The notes below the pieces were generated by a model. That model was given only the letters and a program-made list of their open reading frames with translations. It was not told where the DNA came from and did not search any database. Positions 12,068-24,645 of a stretch of DNA of 64,000 bases are shown in pieces; within the stretch, counting starts at the first letter, position 1, and each line of letters starts with the position of its first letter. The DNA lies in NCBI RefSeq assembly GCF_032444005.1, contig NC_091283.1, forward strand, positions 715,108,001-715,172,000. The letters run 5' to 3'. The stretch is from Ranitomeya imitator. Its lineage: Eukaryota. Both the position numbers and the translations under genes were made by a program.

Positions 12068-14842
12068 CAGAGGCGTAGCTAGAGCTTTTGCCGCCCGGGG
12101 CTGTTCCCGAGTTTGGCGCCCCCCCCCCCCCGGCTCAATACACACAAAGGTTACCAAAAACGGTTTTCCTGTTTTGTAGAACTTAAACTGGGCCTAATGG
12201 TGTCACCCCCACATGCCACACCTGTGACTTAATACCACCACACCATGACCAGGCCACATAGTGACCGAATAATACTACATACAAGGGACAAATACCACAA
12301 CACCATTTCCAGACCACATATTACCACCACATAGTGACTGAATACTACAATACTGATCAGTAATAAAAAAAAACCCACAATACTATCACCATAAGTGCCA
12401 GTATTCACAGGAGATCTGTACTTAGTATGCAGTGTCTGTGTAGAGGTAATACAGTGATCACTGGTGACATTGTACACAGGACCGCTGTATATAGTATACA
12501 GTGTATAGTGTCAGTGTATAGGTAACACTGACTCACCAGTGACGTCTCTAGGTGAAGTCCTTCATCTTTCATCCAGCACAGACCGCCATCATTCCTTCCA
12601 GCCAGGACTCGTTTCTGCAGGAAATAACACAGTTATCTCGAGCTCCGCTTGCAGAACACATTACTTAATTTTTCACAACTTCTACATTACATCACATGAA
12701 GAAAAAAAGGTGATATAGTGTCACTCTGCACAGTAACAGGACCGCCCCCCCATTTAAAACAGTATACTCAAAAAATAAAATAAATACATCACTGCAGTAA
12801 TAATATCCCTTAATTAGCCCCTATGGTAATAATATTCCCCACCCTGGCCCCGTTTCTCATTCCTGGCTCCAGCCATATGTTCTCGCATCCTGCCCTCATG
12901 AGTATCCATTCTACCCCATATGATCTCCACATCCTGCCCCACCAGCCTCCATCGTATCCGTCCTGCCCCATGATCCAATCCTGCCCCGTGTCTCCAATCA
13001 TGCCCCGTATCTACATTCTGCCCATGCCTCAAGTCCTGCCCCCAGTGTGTCCAGCATATTACCCCCATGTTGTCCAGCAATCTGCCCCAGTGTGTCCAGC
13101 ATATTACCCCCATGTTGTCCAGCAATCTGCCCCAGTGTGTCCAGCATATTACCCCCAGTGTGTCCAGAAATCTGCCCCAGTATGTCCAGCACTGCCCCCA
13201 GTGTGTCCAGCAATCTGCCCCATGGTCTCCTGTATTGCCCCAGTGTGTCCAGCAATCTGCCCCAGTATGTCCAGCACTGCCCCCAGTGTGTCCAGCAATC
13301 TGCCCCATGGTCTCCTGTATTGCCCCAGTGTGTCCAGCATTCTGCCACATGGTCTCCTGTATTGCCCCAGTGTGTCCAGCAATCTGCCCCATGGTCTCCT
13401 GTATTGCCCCAGTGTGTCCAGCATTCTGCCACATGGTCTCCTGTATTGCCCCAGTGTGTCCAGCATTCTGCCCCATGGTCTCCAGTATTGCCCCAGTGTG
13501 TCCAGCAATCTGCCCCATGGTCTCCTGTATTGCCCCAGTGTGTCCAGCATTCTGCCACATGGTCTCCTGTATTGCCCCAGTGTGTCCAGCATTCTGCCCC
13601 ATGGTCTCCAGTATTGCCCCAGTGTGTCCAGCAATCTGCCCCATGGTCTCCTGTATTGCCCCAGTGTGTCCAGCATTCTGCCACATGGTCTCCTGTATTG
13701 CCCCAGTGTGTCCAGCAATCTGCCCCATGGTCTCCAGTATTGCCCCAGTGTGTCCAGCAATCTGCCCCATAGTCTCCTGTATTGCCCCAGTGTGTCCAGC
13801 ATTGCCCCAGCCCCAGACAGTCAGACATAAAGAAAAAAAAAAAAGTCCAATCCTGCCCCGTGTCTCCAATCATGCCCCGTATCTACATTCTGCCCATGCC
13901 TCAAGTCCTGCCCCCAGTGTGTCCAGCATATTACCCCCATGTTGTCCAGCAATCTGCCCCAGTGTGTCCAGCATATTACCCCCATGTTGTCCAGCAATCT
14001 GCCCCAGTGTGTCCAGCATATTACCCCCAGTGTGTCCAGAAATCTGCCCCAGTATGTCCAGCACTGCCCCCAGTGTGTCCAGCAATCTGCCCCATGGTCT
14101 CCTGTATTGCCCCAGTGTGTCCAGCAATCTGCCCCATGGTCTCCTGTATTGCCCCAGTGTGTCCAGCATTCTGCCACATGGTCTCCTGTATTGCCCCAGT
14201 GTGTCCAGCATTCTGCCCCATGGTCTCCAGTATTGCCCCAGTGTGTCCAGCAATCTGCCCCATGGTCTCCTGTATTGCCCCAGTGTGTCCAGCATTCTGC
14301 CACATGGTCTCCTGTATTGCCCCAGTGTGTCCAGCAATCTGCCCCATGGTCTCCAGTATTGCCCCAGTGTGTCCAGCAATCTGCCCCATGGTCTCCAGTA
14401 TTGCCCCAGTGTGTCCAGCATTGCCCCAGCCCCAGACAGTCAGACATAAAGAAAAAAAAAAAAAGTAAAATCCTCACCTCTCCCGTTCCTAGCGCAGGTC
14501 CGATGCAGTCAGCGTCTCTCCGGCTCTGCGACGCTCAGGACAGAGAGGCAGAGCGGCGCGCACAGTAGTGACGTCATCGCGCCCTCTGCTCTGAGACGTC
14601 GCAGAGTCAGAGGACGCTGTAGCTGCCGGCGCCGCAGGAACCAGGAGAGGTGAGTATAGAGCAGGGGGCGGGGTCCGGTGGTGGGGGGAGCTGGCCCTGG
14701 TCGTGGCGGCGGACGGCGCCGCCCGAAGATTTAAAGGGGCGTCTTTTTTTTTTTTTTTTTCTTCTCCTGCAGCGCCGGCCGCCCCCCGCATTGTGCCGCC
14801 CGGGGCGGACCGCCCCCCCGCACCCCCCTTCCTACGCCACTG
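12068..14842. mobile_element. Non-autonomous hAT element carrying a minisatellite
   Basis: Terminal inverted repeats (TIRs) CAGAGGCGTAG / CTACGCCACTG. 8-bp TSD ATTGCCAT at 12060-12067 and 14843-14850. Confidence 0.9.
12976..14466. repeat. 42-bp minisatellite within a higher-order duplication (blocks of about 870 bp and 620 bp)
   Basis: Unit CCCCAGTGTGTCCAGCAATCTGCCCCATGGTCTCCTGTATTG. The block start CAATCCTGCCCCGTGTCTCC occurs at about 12976 and 13848, and both blocks end in CCCCAGACAGTCAGACATAAAG(A)n. Confidence 0.92.
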
Positions 14843-15779
14843 ATTGCCATGTATAGTGCCCCATACAGATTTTTGGCATAAATAGTACCACTGGGTACAC
14901 CACTGTATGGAACAGAACAGTCTACCATGCTACTCCACATAATGAATGAAACTCTTTTGGTATATTTTACGTGAGACCTTATGTAAATGTTTAGTGTATG
15001 CATCCAGACCTTTTCCATGAAGGAACATGATGTGAACACATACTGTCCATGACGTGAAACGTGCCACATCTCTGACTGCCTGGCACACTGGCTATAAAGG
15101 ATTTACCAGAACAATAACCAGAAGTGTTTTGCTCTCAGATCTACTTTGGAAGCAGCAGCTCCGTAAGGGCTCAGTCACACTGGCAGATAATGCGGAAGAG
15201 TGCAATGTGAGAAGATCCCTTACTGCACTCTGACCAGTGTTATTTAATGAGGCAGAGCATGCCGCGATTGGCAGCATATCTCAGACGGCGGGCACCTATT
15301 CAAATCAGTGTGTGCGTGCAAAACATCGGACTGCATTCGGATGTCATCTGACTAATATCTCCTTCTTTTCCTCACTTGTAATCCAATTCTTGCATGCAAG
15401 AGGATCAGATAACAATAAAATGACACTCACCTCACGCTCACAGCCAAGCGTCATTAGCATATCGCACCCAATACTCTAATGTGATCTCAGCATTAGATCT
15501 GTAAAATAATTATTTAGTCTTTAACACATGAAAATTTTCTGACATTTTGTAATGAATACTATTTAGGAACTTGATTAATTTAGCATTTAGGGAGCAAATG
15601 CCCTTTAAATCTTTAGAACTATGCATCTAATCAGTATGTCTCAGAGCCAACCTCTCAATCACATTCCCTCTGATGTTAAAAGGATTGTCCTGGGTGTACA
15701 ATCATAATTGTAAAATAAGTCATCAGTATGGGATTGGTGCTGGTGTGACACTCAATACACCCACCTATTAGCTGATATA

Positions 15780-17660
15780 CAGTGGCATGTAAAAGTTTTG
15801 GCACCCCTGGTCAAAATTACTGTAATTGTGAACAGATAAGCAAGTTGAAGATTAACGGATCTCTAAAAGGTTTAAGGGTATGTTCACACGTTCAGGATTT
15901 CCATCCTTTTTTTTTCAGGACAGTTTTTTTAAAAAAACTGCAGCTCTTGGCAGAAAACGCAGGTCCTTTTTTTGTCCGTTTTTGATGCGTTTTTGATGCG
16001 TTTTTTGATGCGTTTTTTGATGCGTTTTTTTATCCTTTTTTTACTGTGTGTTTCCTAGGAAGCTTTTTAGGGCTAAANNNNNNNNNNNNNNNNNNNNNNN
16101 NNNNNNNNNNNNNNNNNNNNNNNNNNNNNNNNNNNNNNNNNNNNNNNNNNNNNNNNNNNNNNNNNNNNNNNNNNNNNNNNNNNNNNNNNNNNNNNNNNNN
16201 NNNNNNNNNNNNNNNNNNNNNNNNNNNNNNNNNNNNNNNNNNNNNNNNNNNNNNNNNNNNNNNNNNNNNNNNNNNNNNNNNNNNNNNNNNNNNNNNNNNN
16301 NNNNNNNNCCAATGGGGGTGACAAAGTGGGGGGGTGTCATTTACTATTTTTTTATTTTGATCACTGAGATCGGTTATATCTCAGTGATCAAAATGCACTT
16401 TGGAGCGAATCTGCCGGCCGGCAGATTCGGCGGGCGCACTGCGCATGCGCCCGCCATTTTGCAAGATGGCGGCGCCCAGGGAGAAGACGGCCGGACGGAC
16501 ACCGGGACGCCGGGTAAGTATAAGGGGGGGAGATTAGGGCACGGGGGGGCCTCGGAGCACTGGGGGGGGCATCGGAGCACGGGGGGGGGGCATCGGAGCA
16601 CGGGGGGGCGGGATCGGAGCACGGGGGGGCAGCCACACTCCGCCCACGCACTTCCGCCCGCTCCCCCGCACTTCCTGCTGCAGCAGTTCTGCACATCAAA
16701 TCGCAATAAAACCCGCAGATATATTTTTGATCTGCGGGTTTTACTGCGATTTTGACCTCACAATGGAGGTCTATGGGTGCAGAACCGCTGCGGTTCAGGA
16801 AGAAGAATTGACATGCTCCTTCTTTTTTCCGGGAGCAATTCAGCGCGTCTTTTTTTTTACAATTTCCGGACCATGTGCACAGTGTGTCCTGTTTTCCATA
16901 GGGTACAGTGTACTGTACCCTGCATGGAAAACAGCTGCGGAACCGCAGCGGCAAAACCGCCGCGGTTCCGCGGTAAAAAACGCACTGTGTGAACTTGGCC
17001 TAAGGTTAAATACAACACATTTCCTTTGTATTTTAAGCAAAATGAAAATACATTGTCTTTGTTTTTTCATTTTAAAAATTACAAAAAAGAAAATGGGTCA
17101 ATGCAAAAAGTTTGTCGAACCTCGGAACGCTCTGCTCAGATAACTGTGACCAAGGTTTCAATCCTTAATTAGCCTGTTAGGGTTATGGCTTGCTGACTAT
17201 CATCATGAGCAAATTTCCAAGCTTCATAAAAACCCAGCCCCCTCTAACCTTGTGACAAAAAAAACAGCAGCCTTGGGTTCTTCTAAGCAGCTGCCTAGCA
17301 CTCTGAAAAAGAAAATGGTGAACAGCCACAAAGCAGGTGAAGGCTATAAGAAGATAGCAAAGTGTTTTGAAGTAGCCATTTCCTCTGTTAGAAATGTAAT
17401 TAAGAAATGGGAACAACCATGGTCAAGATACGATCTGGAAGACCAAACAACATTTCAATTAGAGCTGCTTGTAGGATTGCTAGAGAGGCAAATCAGAACC
17501 ACTGCTTGACTGAAAAAAGCCTTAAGAAAGATTAAGCAAACTATAGAGTTGTGGTATCTTGTTCTACTGTTCAGAGACACATGCACAAATATGACGTTTA
17601 TGGAAGAGTCATCAGAAGAAAACCTCTTTCTGTTCTGCGTAGTGTGAGCATAGTGTGAGC
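15780..17660 (+). mobile_element. Tc1-like 5' fragment interrupted by a Harbinger-like composite (about 15875-17000)
   Basis: TA|CAGTGGCATGTAAAAGTTTTGGCACCCC terminus and an N-terminal transposase fragment (HKAGEGYKKIAKCFEVAISSVRNVIKKW, ORF 17252). The inserted block begins AGGGTATGTTCACACG. Confidence 0.65.
16078..16308. other. Assembly gap or masked run (231 N)
   Basis: Read directly from the sequence. Confidence 0.99.
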
Positions 17661-17789
17661 ATAGGGAGAGTGAAAGCAGCATATAGGAAGAGTTTGTGAT
17701 TACAAAAAGCTCTTTTAAGAGCTATTGAGAGTAAAGATTAGTTCACTGTTAGGTGGAGATAGCATTGGGAGAGATTTAATACAAGGGAA

Positions 17790-18711
17790 AGGCAGGCATT
17801 TATGTTTTCTCATGCAGTTGTGCGACTTCTGCAAAGCCTGCAGAGATGCGCAAACGTCACAATTTACCAGTGCCAATAATTTTTCTTACTCTGCTATTGC
17901 CATGTGCCAGAAAGGCAATATAAAAAATACTAATTTTCTATTGGTTAAATTAATAGCGTATATTTATTTAGCAGTTGTGCCACTTCTGCAAAGCCTGTAG
18001 AGATGCGCAAACATCACAATTGAACAATGCCAATAACTTTCCTTACTCTGCTGTTGCCATGTGTCAGAAAGGTGATATAGAAAACCTATTCACCTGTAAT
18101 TTTCATGAGCCTGCTGTTGCCGTGTGCAATAAAGCTGATATCTGAAAAAAATACTCACACATTGCTAGATACAGGGAATTTGTACATACCACCTCTGTGA
18201 AGGTACTTGTGAAAAATAAAGCCAGGAAATTTTTCTTTCATAATGCATTCAATATGGGAAAGAGAGAAGTTAAGGAATGTGGACATGAATGTGGTGGTGT
18301 CCGCCAAGGCCATGTGAAAGATCAGAAGGTGACTGTATCTCATTCTAGCTTCCTGTCAAAATTTGGTCAGCGTGCTACGCCACTAACGAACCCAGACAAG
18401 TGTGAGGATGTTGTGGGTTGGATGGCAGACAAAGGCTCCAGTGTGTTGACAAGTAGCACCACCAAGTCTTCCATACGGTCCAGTGTCAGTGACCAAGTGG
18501 CTGGGCCTCACAATCCTCATCCTGATCCTCCTTCCTCCCCCTATCAAGAGTCCCAGGAGACATATGACTTCAACGCTGGCCACTCCGAGGAACTGTTTAT
18601 GTTCCCTTATAATTTTTCAGGCCAGTCAATGTGCAGCATTAACGAAGGTCATGAGGAGATGGATTGCACTGATGCAAAAACATTTGAGCACCCACAGGCA
18701 GTTGAAACCAC
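17790..18711 (+). mobile_element. Probable decayed hAT-element 5' region (subterminal repeats plus transposase N-terminus)
   Basis: Repeated TTCTGCAAAGCCTG(C/T)AGAGATGCGCAAAC units, then a low-complexity ORF segment (RATPLTNPDKCEDVVGWMAD) resembling N-termini of frog hAT ORFs as I recall them. No catalytic motifs seen. Confidence 0.35.
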
Positions 18712-20230
18712 TATCATGATCCAGGCCGGAGTTTGTTTCTTGCTATGCTGTCCTCCATCTGGTCATGCAGGGGTTAACTTTCCTCTGCCTCGTTTTGGGA
18801 TCTCTTTGGCTATTTCTGCCCGCTGCTGTCTGCAGGCAGTGTGAGTTATAGTTTCTGCCCAGGCTTGAGTGGCTGATCCCATTACTCCCTGATTTGTCTT
18901 CTGCCCGTTTGCTCACACCTCGTACTTTCCCACTCCTGTTACCCAGCTTGACTTCGTGTTTGTTCCCCGTGCTCTGACCTCCTGGTATCTGACTTGGCTT
19001 GACCTCTGACTAGTTTGTCTGTCTCATGTCTCTGGCATTTCGGTTCCTGTCTGGCTTCTCTGGCTTGCATCTGACCATATTTGTTGCTGTTTCTTCTGGT
19101 ACTGCGTTTCCTGACCGTTAGTGACTTCGCTTGTCTGACCACGATCTTGTCACCTTGTGGCGTCTGCACTGCCGCACAGTGATGCTACACTGTGAGCGCA
19201 ACCTTTCTTCCTCCACCAGCTCCCCCTGGTGGAGACTGTGCATACTGCGTTACGGCAGCATTACATTATAATTGACCCTAGCAATTAAAAGGGGCATTTA
19301 ATTTTTTCTCTCTCGTCATGGATCTGATCCATAATCTAGCGGATCTAGTGTCCAGTTTGATGCAGATGATGCGGGAATTATCTTGGAACACAGGGCTCTG
19401 GCCACGTCTCAAACTCAATTACAGAAAGAATTGACTGAGACTTTCAAGGCTGTGCAGGGCACCACCTCTCATGTTGCCAGTAAGCCTGGTGATTCCATAG
19501 ATGTCTCTTTACACTCCCCTGAACACTCTGTTAAGCTTCCTGTCACCTTTTCTGATGAGAAGGATACATTTTGTGCGTTCAAGGAGAGTTGCAAATTATT
19601 ATTTTCACTCAGACCTCGATCATCGGGGGATGAGAGTCAGCGGGTGGGGATAATTATCTCCCTACTCAGGGAGGGTTTCCAATCTTGGGATTTCTCGCTG
19701 CCCCTACTGCCCCTTAACGGATGTCTGTGGATAGGTTTCTTGAGGCTTTTGGATTTATCTGTGACAAACTGGACCGTGTCAGGGTGGCAGAGGACACTAC
19801 CATGGGCCTTGCTCATTTAAAGCTCTCAGCCAAGTGGTATTGCTCGGAGTTTAGACGATAGTCCCCGGAGGTGTCCAGAGACCACTCTGCGCTCAGGTGC
19901 CAGTTCCAGAGAGGACTTTCTGATCATCTGAAGGACACTCTGGCTCTCCATCCACCTTCTCACTCCTTGGAGGCTAAAACTCAGGCCATCCAGAGGGATC
20001 GTAGGCTGTGGGAGAGGGGTGTTATACAGAGGGAAGTTCCTCTATTCCCGAGTAATTTCAACATTACACCACATTCTGAGCCCATGGAGGTGGGGACCAC
20101 CACTGTCAAGAGAAAAGAGGAGACGTCGAAGGGAAAGGAATCTTTGCTTCTACTGCAGTAGTCTGGGACACTGGAAAAAGGACTGTCCCTCCTGTCCTCT
20201 GATCCCCAAGGTGCCGGGAAACACCTAAGT
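18712..20230 (+). mobile_element. Degenerate Gypsy (Tf1/sushi-like) 5' LTR plus gag fragment
   Basis: LTR-like segment about 18712-19265, then frameshifted gag pieces (KLPVTFSDEKDTFCAFKESCKLLFSLRP...VGIIISLL) and a CCHC knuckle CFYCSSLGHWKKDC. These are homologous to the gag at 46049-46900. Confidence 0.75.
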
Positions 20231-21580
20231 CTGGGTAACTATCAAGGAGGTTTCCCAAACTTTCAGGTACCTTTTTCCTCATTGCTTAAGTTACAGTTGG
20301 AAGTGGAACTTTATGTTCAAAACTGTTGCATTCCCACTTCCACTGTCCATTGTGAAGCCTTTTAGAGATAATTTCATCTTCAACTTGCTTAGCTGTTTAC
20401 AATAACAGTAATTTTGATCAGGGGTGGCCAAACTATTACATGTCACAGTATGCTCCAGTAGCAGCCAGAAATAAACAAAGCATGGAGCAGATCACTGTAG
20501 CTCCATACATGGTTTAGCGGCCACTGACAAGAACTGCAGTTTATCTCCCGCTTGTCTACAGATAGGTCAACAATATGTAAGTCCTTGACAACTCCTTTTA
20601 TAAACCCTCGTAGGGCAGGCACTGCCAGCTGATTTGAAGAGGTTACAGCTATTTCAAAGACTCACAAATGCCCTCTATAATATTGGCAAATTCTTCAGGG
20701 TAAATGGGACACCAGCCAGTATTTGACTGAGTAGAATCAGTTTAGTGAACTCTTGTAGATGAGTAAGGCTTCACTAATTATATTCAAGTATACAATGTAT
20801 TTGCTCTCGGACATGCTGATTATAGGTATAAACATTCCCACAAATACAACTGGACACCATTATTATTTTATACTAGTCTTCATAAACCAGCTGACCTTGT
20901 TATCAGCCATAAATACAATGCAAACAAGGAAACAATAAATACACTTTTGCTAGTACATTAATTTATCATAGTAACAATAAAGTTTTGATAGACATATTGT
21001 TATATTTAAGGCCATATTTTCTTCATTTATTTATCATTATTGATGTCAAAGCTGCAGCCTGTAATTGCTGCAGAGCTGCTGAGTTCAGTGATTGGTTGCA
21101 GCAGTGATCTGAGCTGTTGATGTGACTTAATCTCTGCAGCCAAAACTTGGTACATTCGCACCTATGATGAGGTGGGATATATTGAAAAGCAAGTGTACTG
21201 TCAGTTCTTGTAACAGATATTTAGAAACAGTAAAAATGGGCAAGCATAAGGATTTACTATGTACAATTTCCGGAGTGTTTAACCCCTTCATGACTTGTGA
21301 TGCAGTCATATGAGGTAGTATGTACAGTATGTACTGTATAGCAGTGTTTGGAATCTGGGTGGAGGTTTATTTCTACTATATAGTGGAATAGAGGATAATG
21401 ACATTTGAGCACTGTATGATAGTTTTATTTAAGCTTATAATTAGAATCTATGGAGTTGAAATCAAGTAAAATTCTTATTCAGTGTTGCCTTCCTTCAGAT
21501 GTAATGTAACGATTCATCCCTGCTCCAAACTTTCACATGTAAGACAAGATATAAAGCACCAGAAAGGCCATAACGCTTAA

Positions 21581-22023
21581 AGGGATTATCAGAGACAATG
21601 GTTATTTTTTCCTGTGGGGTTAAGAACTTGCTAACTACCTGCCTGTTCTACCAGTCAATGATTTATGCCATCACAGAGAGGTTACGCCGATTCTACTTCT
21701 TTCGATGACGTTGACAGAGCAGCATCTTCTCAACTGCTCTGCTCGGTTGTCGGTACGTCACTGATGAGGTGATGCTGATTGGCAGCAGCCTAACTGCAAG
21801 GAGCCAGCTATCAATCAGCATGACGTTGGCAGTGATGCCCAATTGACAGAGCAGAGCGTAAGAGAAGGAGCTGCTCTGTTAACGTGCGGTGAAATTAAGC
21901 AGGACAGTTTCTGCTGAGCCGCAAGAGATCATCACAGGGCAAAACAGGCAGCTAGTTTTCAACTTCCTGGTTGTAAGTTCTAAGTCACATAGGAAAAAAT
22001 ACCTTAAGTCCTGCATAATTCCT
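21581..22023. mobile_element. Kolobok/T2-family MITE
   Basis: TTAA|AGGGATTATC ... CATAATTCCT|TTAA. Confidence 0.7.
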
Positions 22024-23882
22024 TTAAATTTTATTCATTTCATGTTAAAAGACAACATCATGTTTCGGCTGTGCAATGCCTTTCTGAAGCCAGAACAGCC
22101 CTATTCCTGTTTGTGAATTCGGAACATCTTGCACATCCGAAACGTGATGTTACCTTTTATGATAAAATAAAACAAAAAGATAAGCTTCAACCATTTCATG
22201 ACATACGATGTAAATGTACAGCGCATGGAAGTACAAGAAAGAGGTATGCAAAACAGGGACGACCAAACAAGAGACGTTTTATAAAAGTATGATGAACATA
22301 TGAGAAGCAAACAAATGAAAAGCATTTTATAAAAGAAAACCAAACATGGCTCCCCAGAACCACAAGCCAAAACAACCTATGATATGGTTGCTAATGGTCC
22401 CAGAACAGGATTGTGGAGCATATAAAGTAGAGTTTATGTAAACATAAACATAAAAGAGCAAAAGAGCTAGGTGGAATAATATATGGGCAAGATTCAACAG
22501 AATCAAATCTAATGAAGGACAAGAAGACGGGAAAAAGATATATCCCATATCTCGTATGTACAGTATGCTAAATGCACAATGTCCTCAAGACATATATTAA
22601 TGCAAAGTATAATAGAGGCAGCAACTGAAACAAAAGTACAAAACCAACATGGACAATAGTAGGCAAAATAGCAAGTCAGAGAACAACAGCAAAAAATACT
22701 TAACATAATCTCTGGAATTTTTTTTACCAATTAAATAAAAAAGAACCTATACATGTTTGGTACATACAATCTTGTAATGACCTGAAGAATCATAATGGTA
22801 GGTCAGTTTTACCATTTGGTGAACATGGTAAAAAACAAAAGAAAACAATTGTGGAATTGCACTTTTTTTTTGCAATGTCACTGCACTTTGATTTTTTTTT
22901 CTTTTTTTCCAGTAGAAAATATGGTACAGGTGAATCTCACCAAATTAGAATATCATCAAAATGTTAATTTATTTCAATTCTGCAATACAAAAAGTGAAAC
23001 TCCTATATTAGATAGAGTCATTACAAATGTATTTCAATTCTGCAATACAAAAAATGAAACTCGTATATTAGATATAGTCATTACAAAGTGATCTACTGTA
23101 TTTCAAGTATTTATTTCTGTTAAGGATTATGGCTTACAGCTAATGAAAACTCAAAAGTCATTGTCGCAGTAAATTATGATACTTTATAACACCAGCTTGA
23201 AAAAATGATTTTAAGAGGGGGCGTGGCCTGAGCTCTGGCGATGTAGGAGGTAAGAGCTCTGAGCTCCCACTAAAGAACCCAAAAAGCGACGAAAAAAATC
23301 CACAAGAGGCATTTATTTATAATTTTTATTGAGTTATTATCCCTCTACAACAGAATTGGAACATTTTACTGTCAAAAAATGCTTTCAATCAAGAATTTTT
23401 ACTTCATAGAATGTAGGAGATAAAACCAGAGACAACATTTGAAAAGCGGAGGGATACCTTTACCTATTTTTATTTTTTTTTCTCACACCAGAATTCAACT
23501 TTAAGGTCAGTGCTTGCATTTTCCACCTAAGAGCCAATTGGACAGTTATCCCTGGTCATTTGGGTGCCCATATTGCTGAGATTTCTTTTTATTTGGGTCT
23601 CTTGTGCACTGAAACAGCATTCTTCCCTATGGTGTAAAGGCGGAGGGATACCCACTTCATATATTTTTTGACTGTAGGATATAATTAAATTGATGACCAG
23701 TGCACCTAGTTTTCACTCAGTGGACAACTTAGATTTATCATCCTGTCATTTTGACACATATATCTGAAAGATTAGAGGTGGCACAACCGAGATTTACCAG
23801 TAAAACCCGGCTGGAATACTGCACAGCTTAACAGCATTCTCACCTGAGGTAGAAAGTAGTTCCGGCAGCTCCATTTGACTTA

Positions 23883-24378
23883 AGGTACCGTCACACTTAG
23901 CGACGCTGCAGCGATACCGACAACGATCCGGATCGCTGCAGCGTCGCTGTTTGGTCGCTGGAGAGCTGTCACACAGACAGCTCTCCAGCGACCAACGATG
24001 CCGGTAACCAGGGTAAACATCGGGTAACTAAGCGCAGGGCCGCGCTTAGTAACCCGATGTTTACCCTGGTTACCATCCTAAAAGTAAAAAAAACAAACAG
24101 TACATACTTACCTACAGCCGTCTGTCCTCCAGCGCTGTGCTCTGCTCTCCTCCTGTACTGGCTGTGAGCACAGCGGCCGGAAAGCAGAGCGGTGACGTCA
24201 CCGCTCTGCTTTCCGGCTGACCGACGCTCACAGCCAGTACAGGAAGAGTGCAGAGCACAGCGCTGGAGGACAGACGGCTGTAGGTAAGTATGTACTGTTT
24301 GTTTTTTTTACTTTTAGGATGGTAACCAGGGTAAACATCGGGTTACTAAGCGCGGCCCTGCGCTTAGTTACCCGATGT
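23883..24378. mobile_element. PIF/Harbinger-like MITE, right end deleted
   Basis: TTA|AGGTACCGTCACACT start. Near-identical to 52694-53418 but stops at CCCGATGT, where L1 ORF2 resumes. Confidence 0.85.
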
Positions 24379-24645
24379 GTGTTGGAAAACTCTTCTTAAA
24401 CCTCCAAGAAAAATTTTTGACAAATCAGAGCAAATTATGAAATTTCCTCTTCATCTATTGGCATTGATATATGATCTTCCACTTTCAGAAATTTGGGCCA
24501 AATCAGGCATTAAAAAAGTTGGACATATCTATAACGGGAGGAATTTTCTCACCTTTAGCGAAATTAAGACTAAATTTAACTTACCCTCATCTGAATTAAT
24601 ATTCTTTTTAACCCTGAAAGAGCATATACAGAAATTACTGACTAG

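Noticed and set aside
12814-14568. Many long ORFs (up to 460 aa) on both strands
   Set aside because: They arise from a stop-free 42-bp minisatellite inside a TSD-flanked hAT MITE. There are no domains and no splice context.
16041-16340. ORFs spanning the N runs (also 30263-30646)
   Set aside because: They are artefacts of translating N.
19383-20228. PEG10/RTL-like domesticated gag gene
   Set aside because: It is frameshifted into three pieces, directly follows an LTR-like segment, and is homologous to the gag of the provirus in this window.
24104-24120. U1 snRNA gene or pseudogene (ATACTTACCT start)
   Set aside because: The match ends after 10 nt and the downstream U1 sequence (GGCAGGGGAG...) is absent. 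It is treated as a complementary binding site instead.
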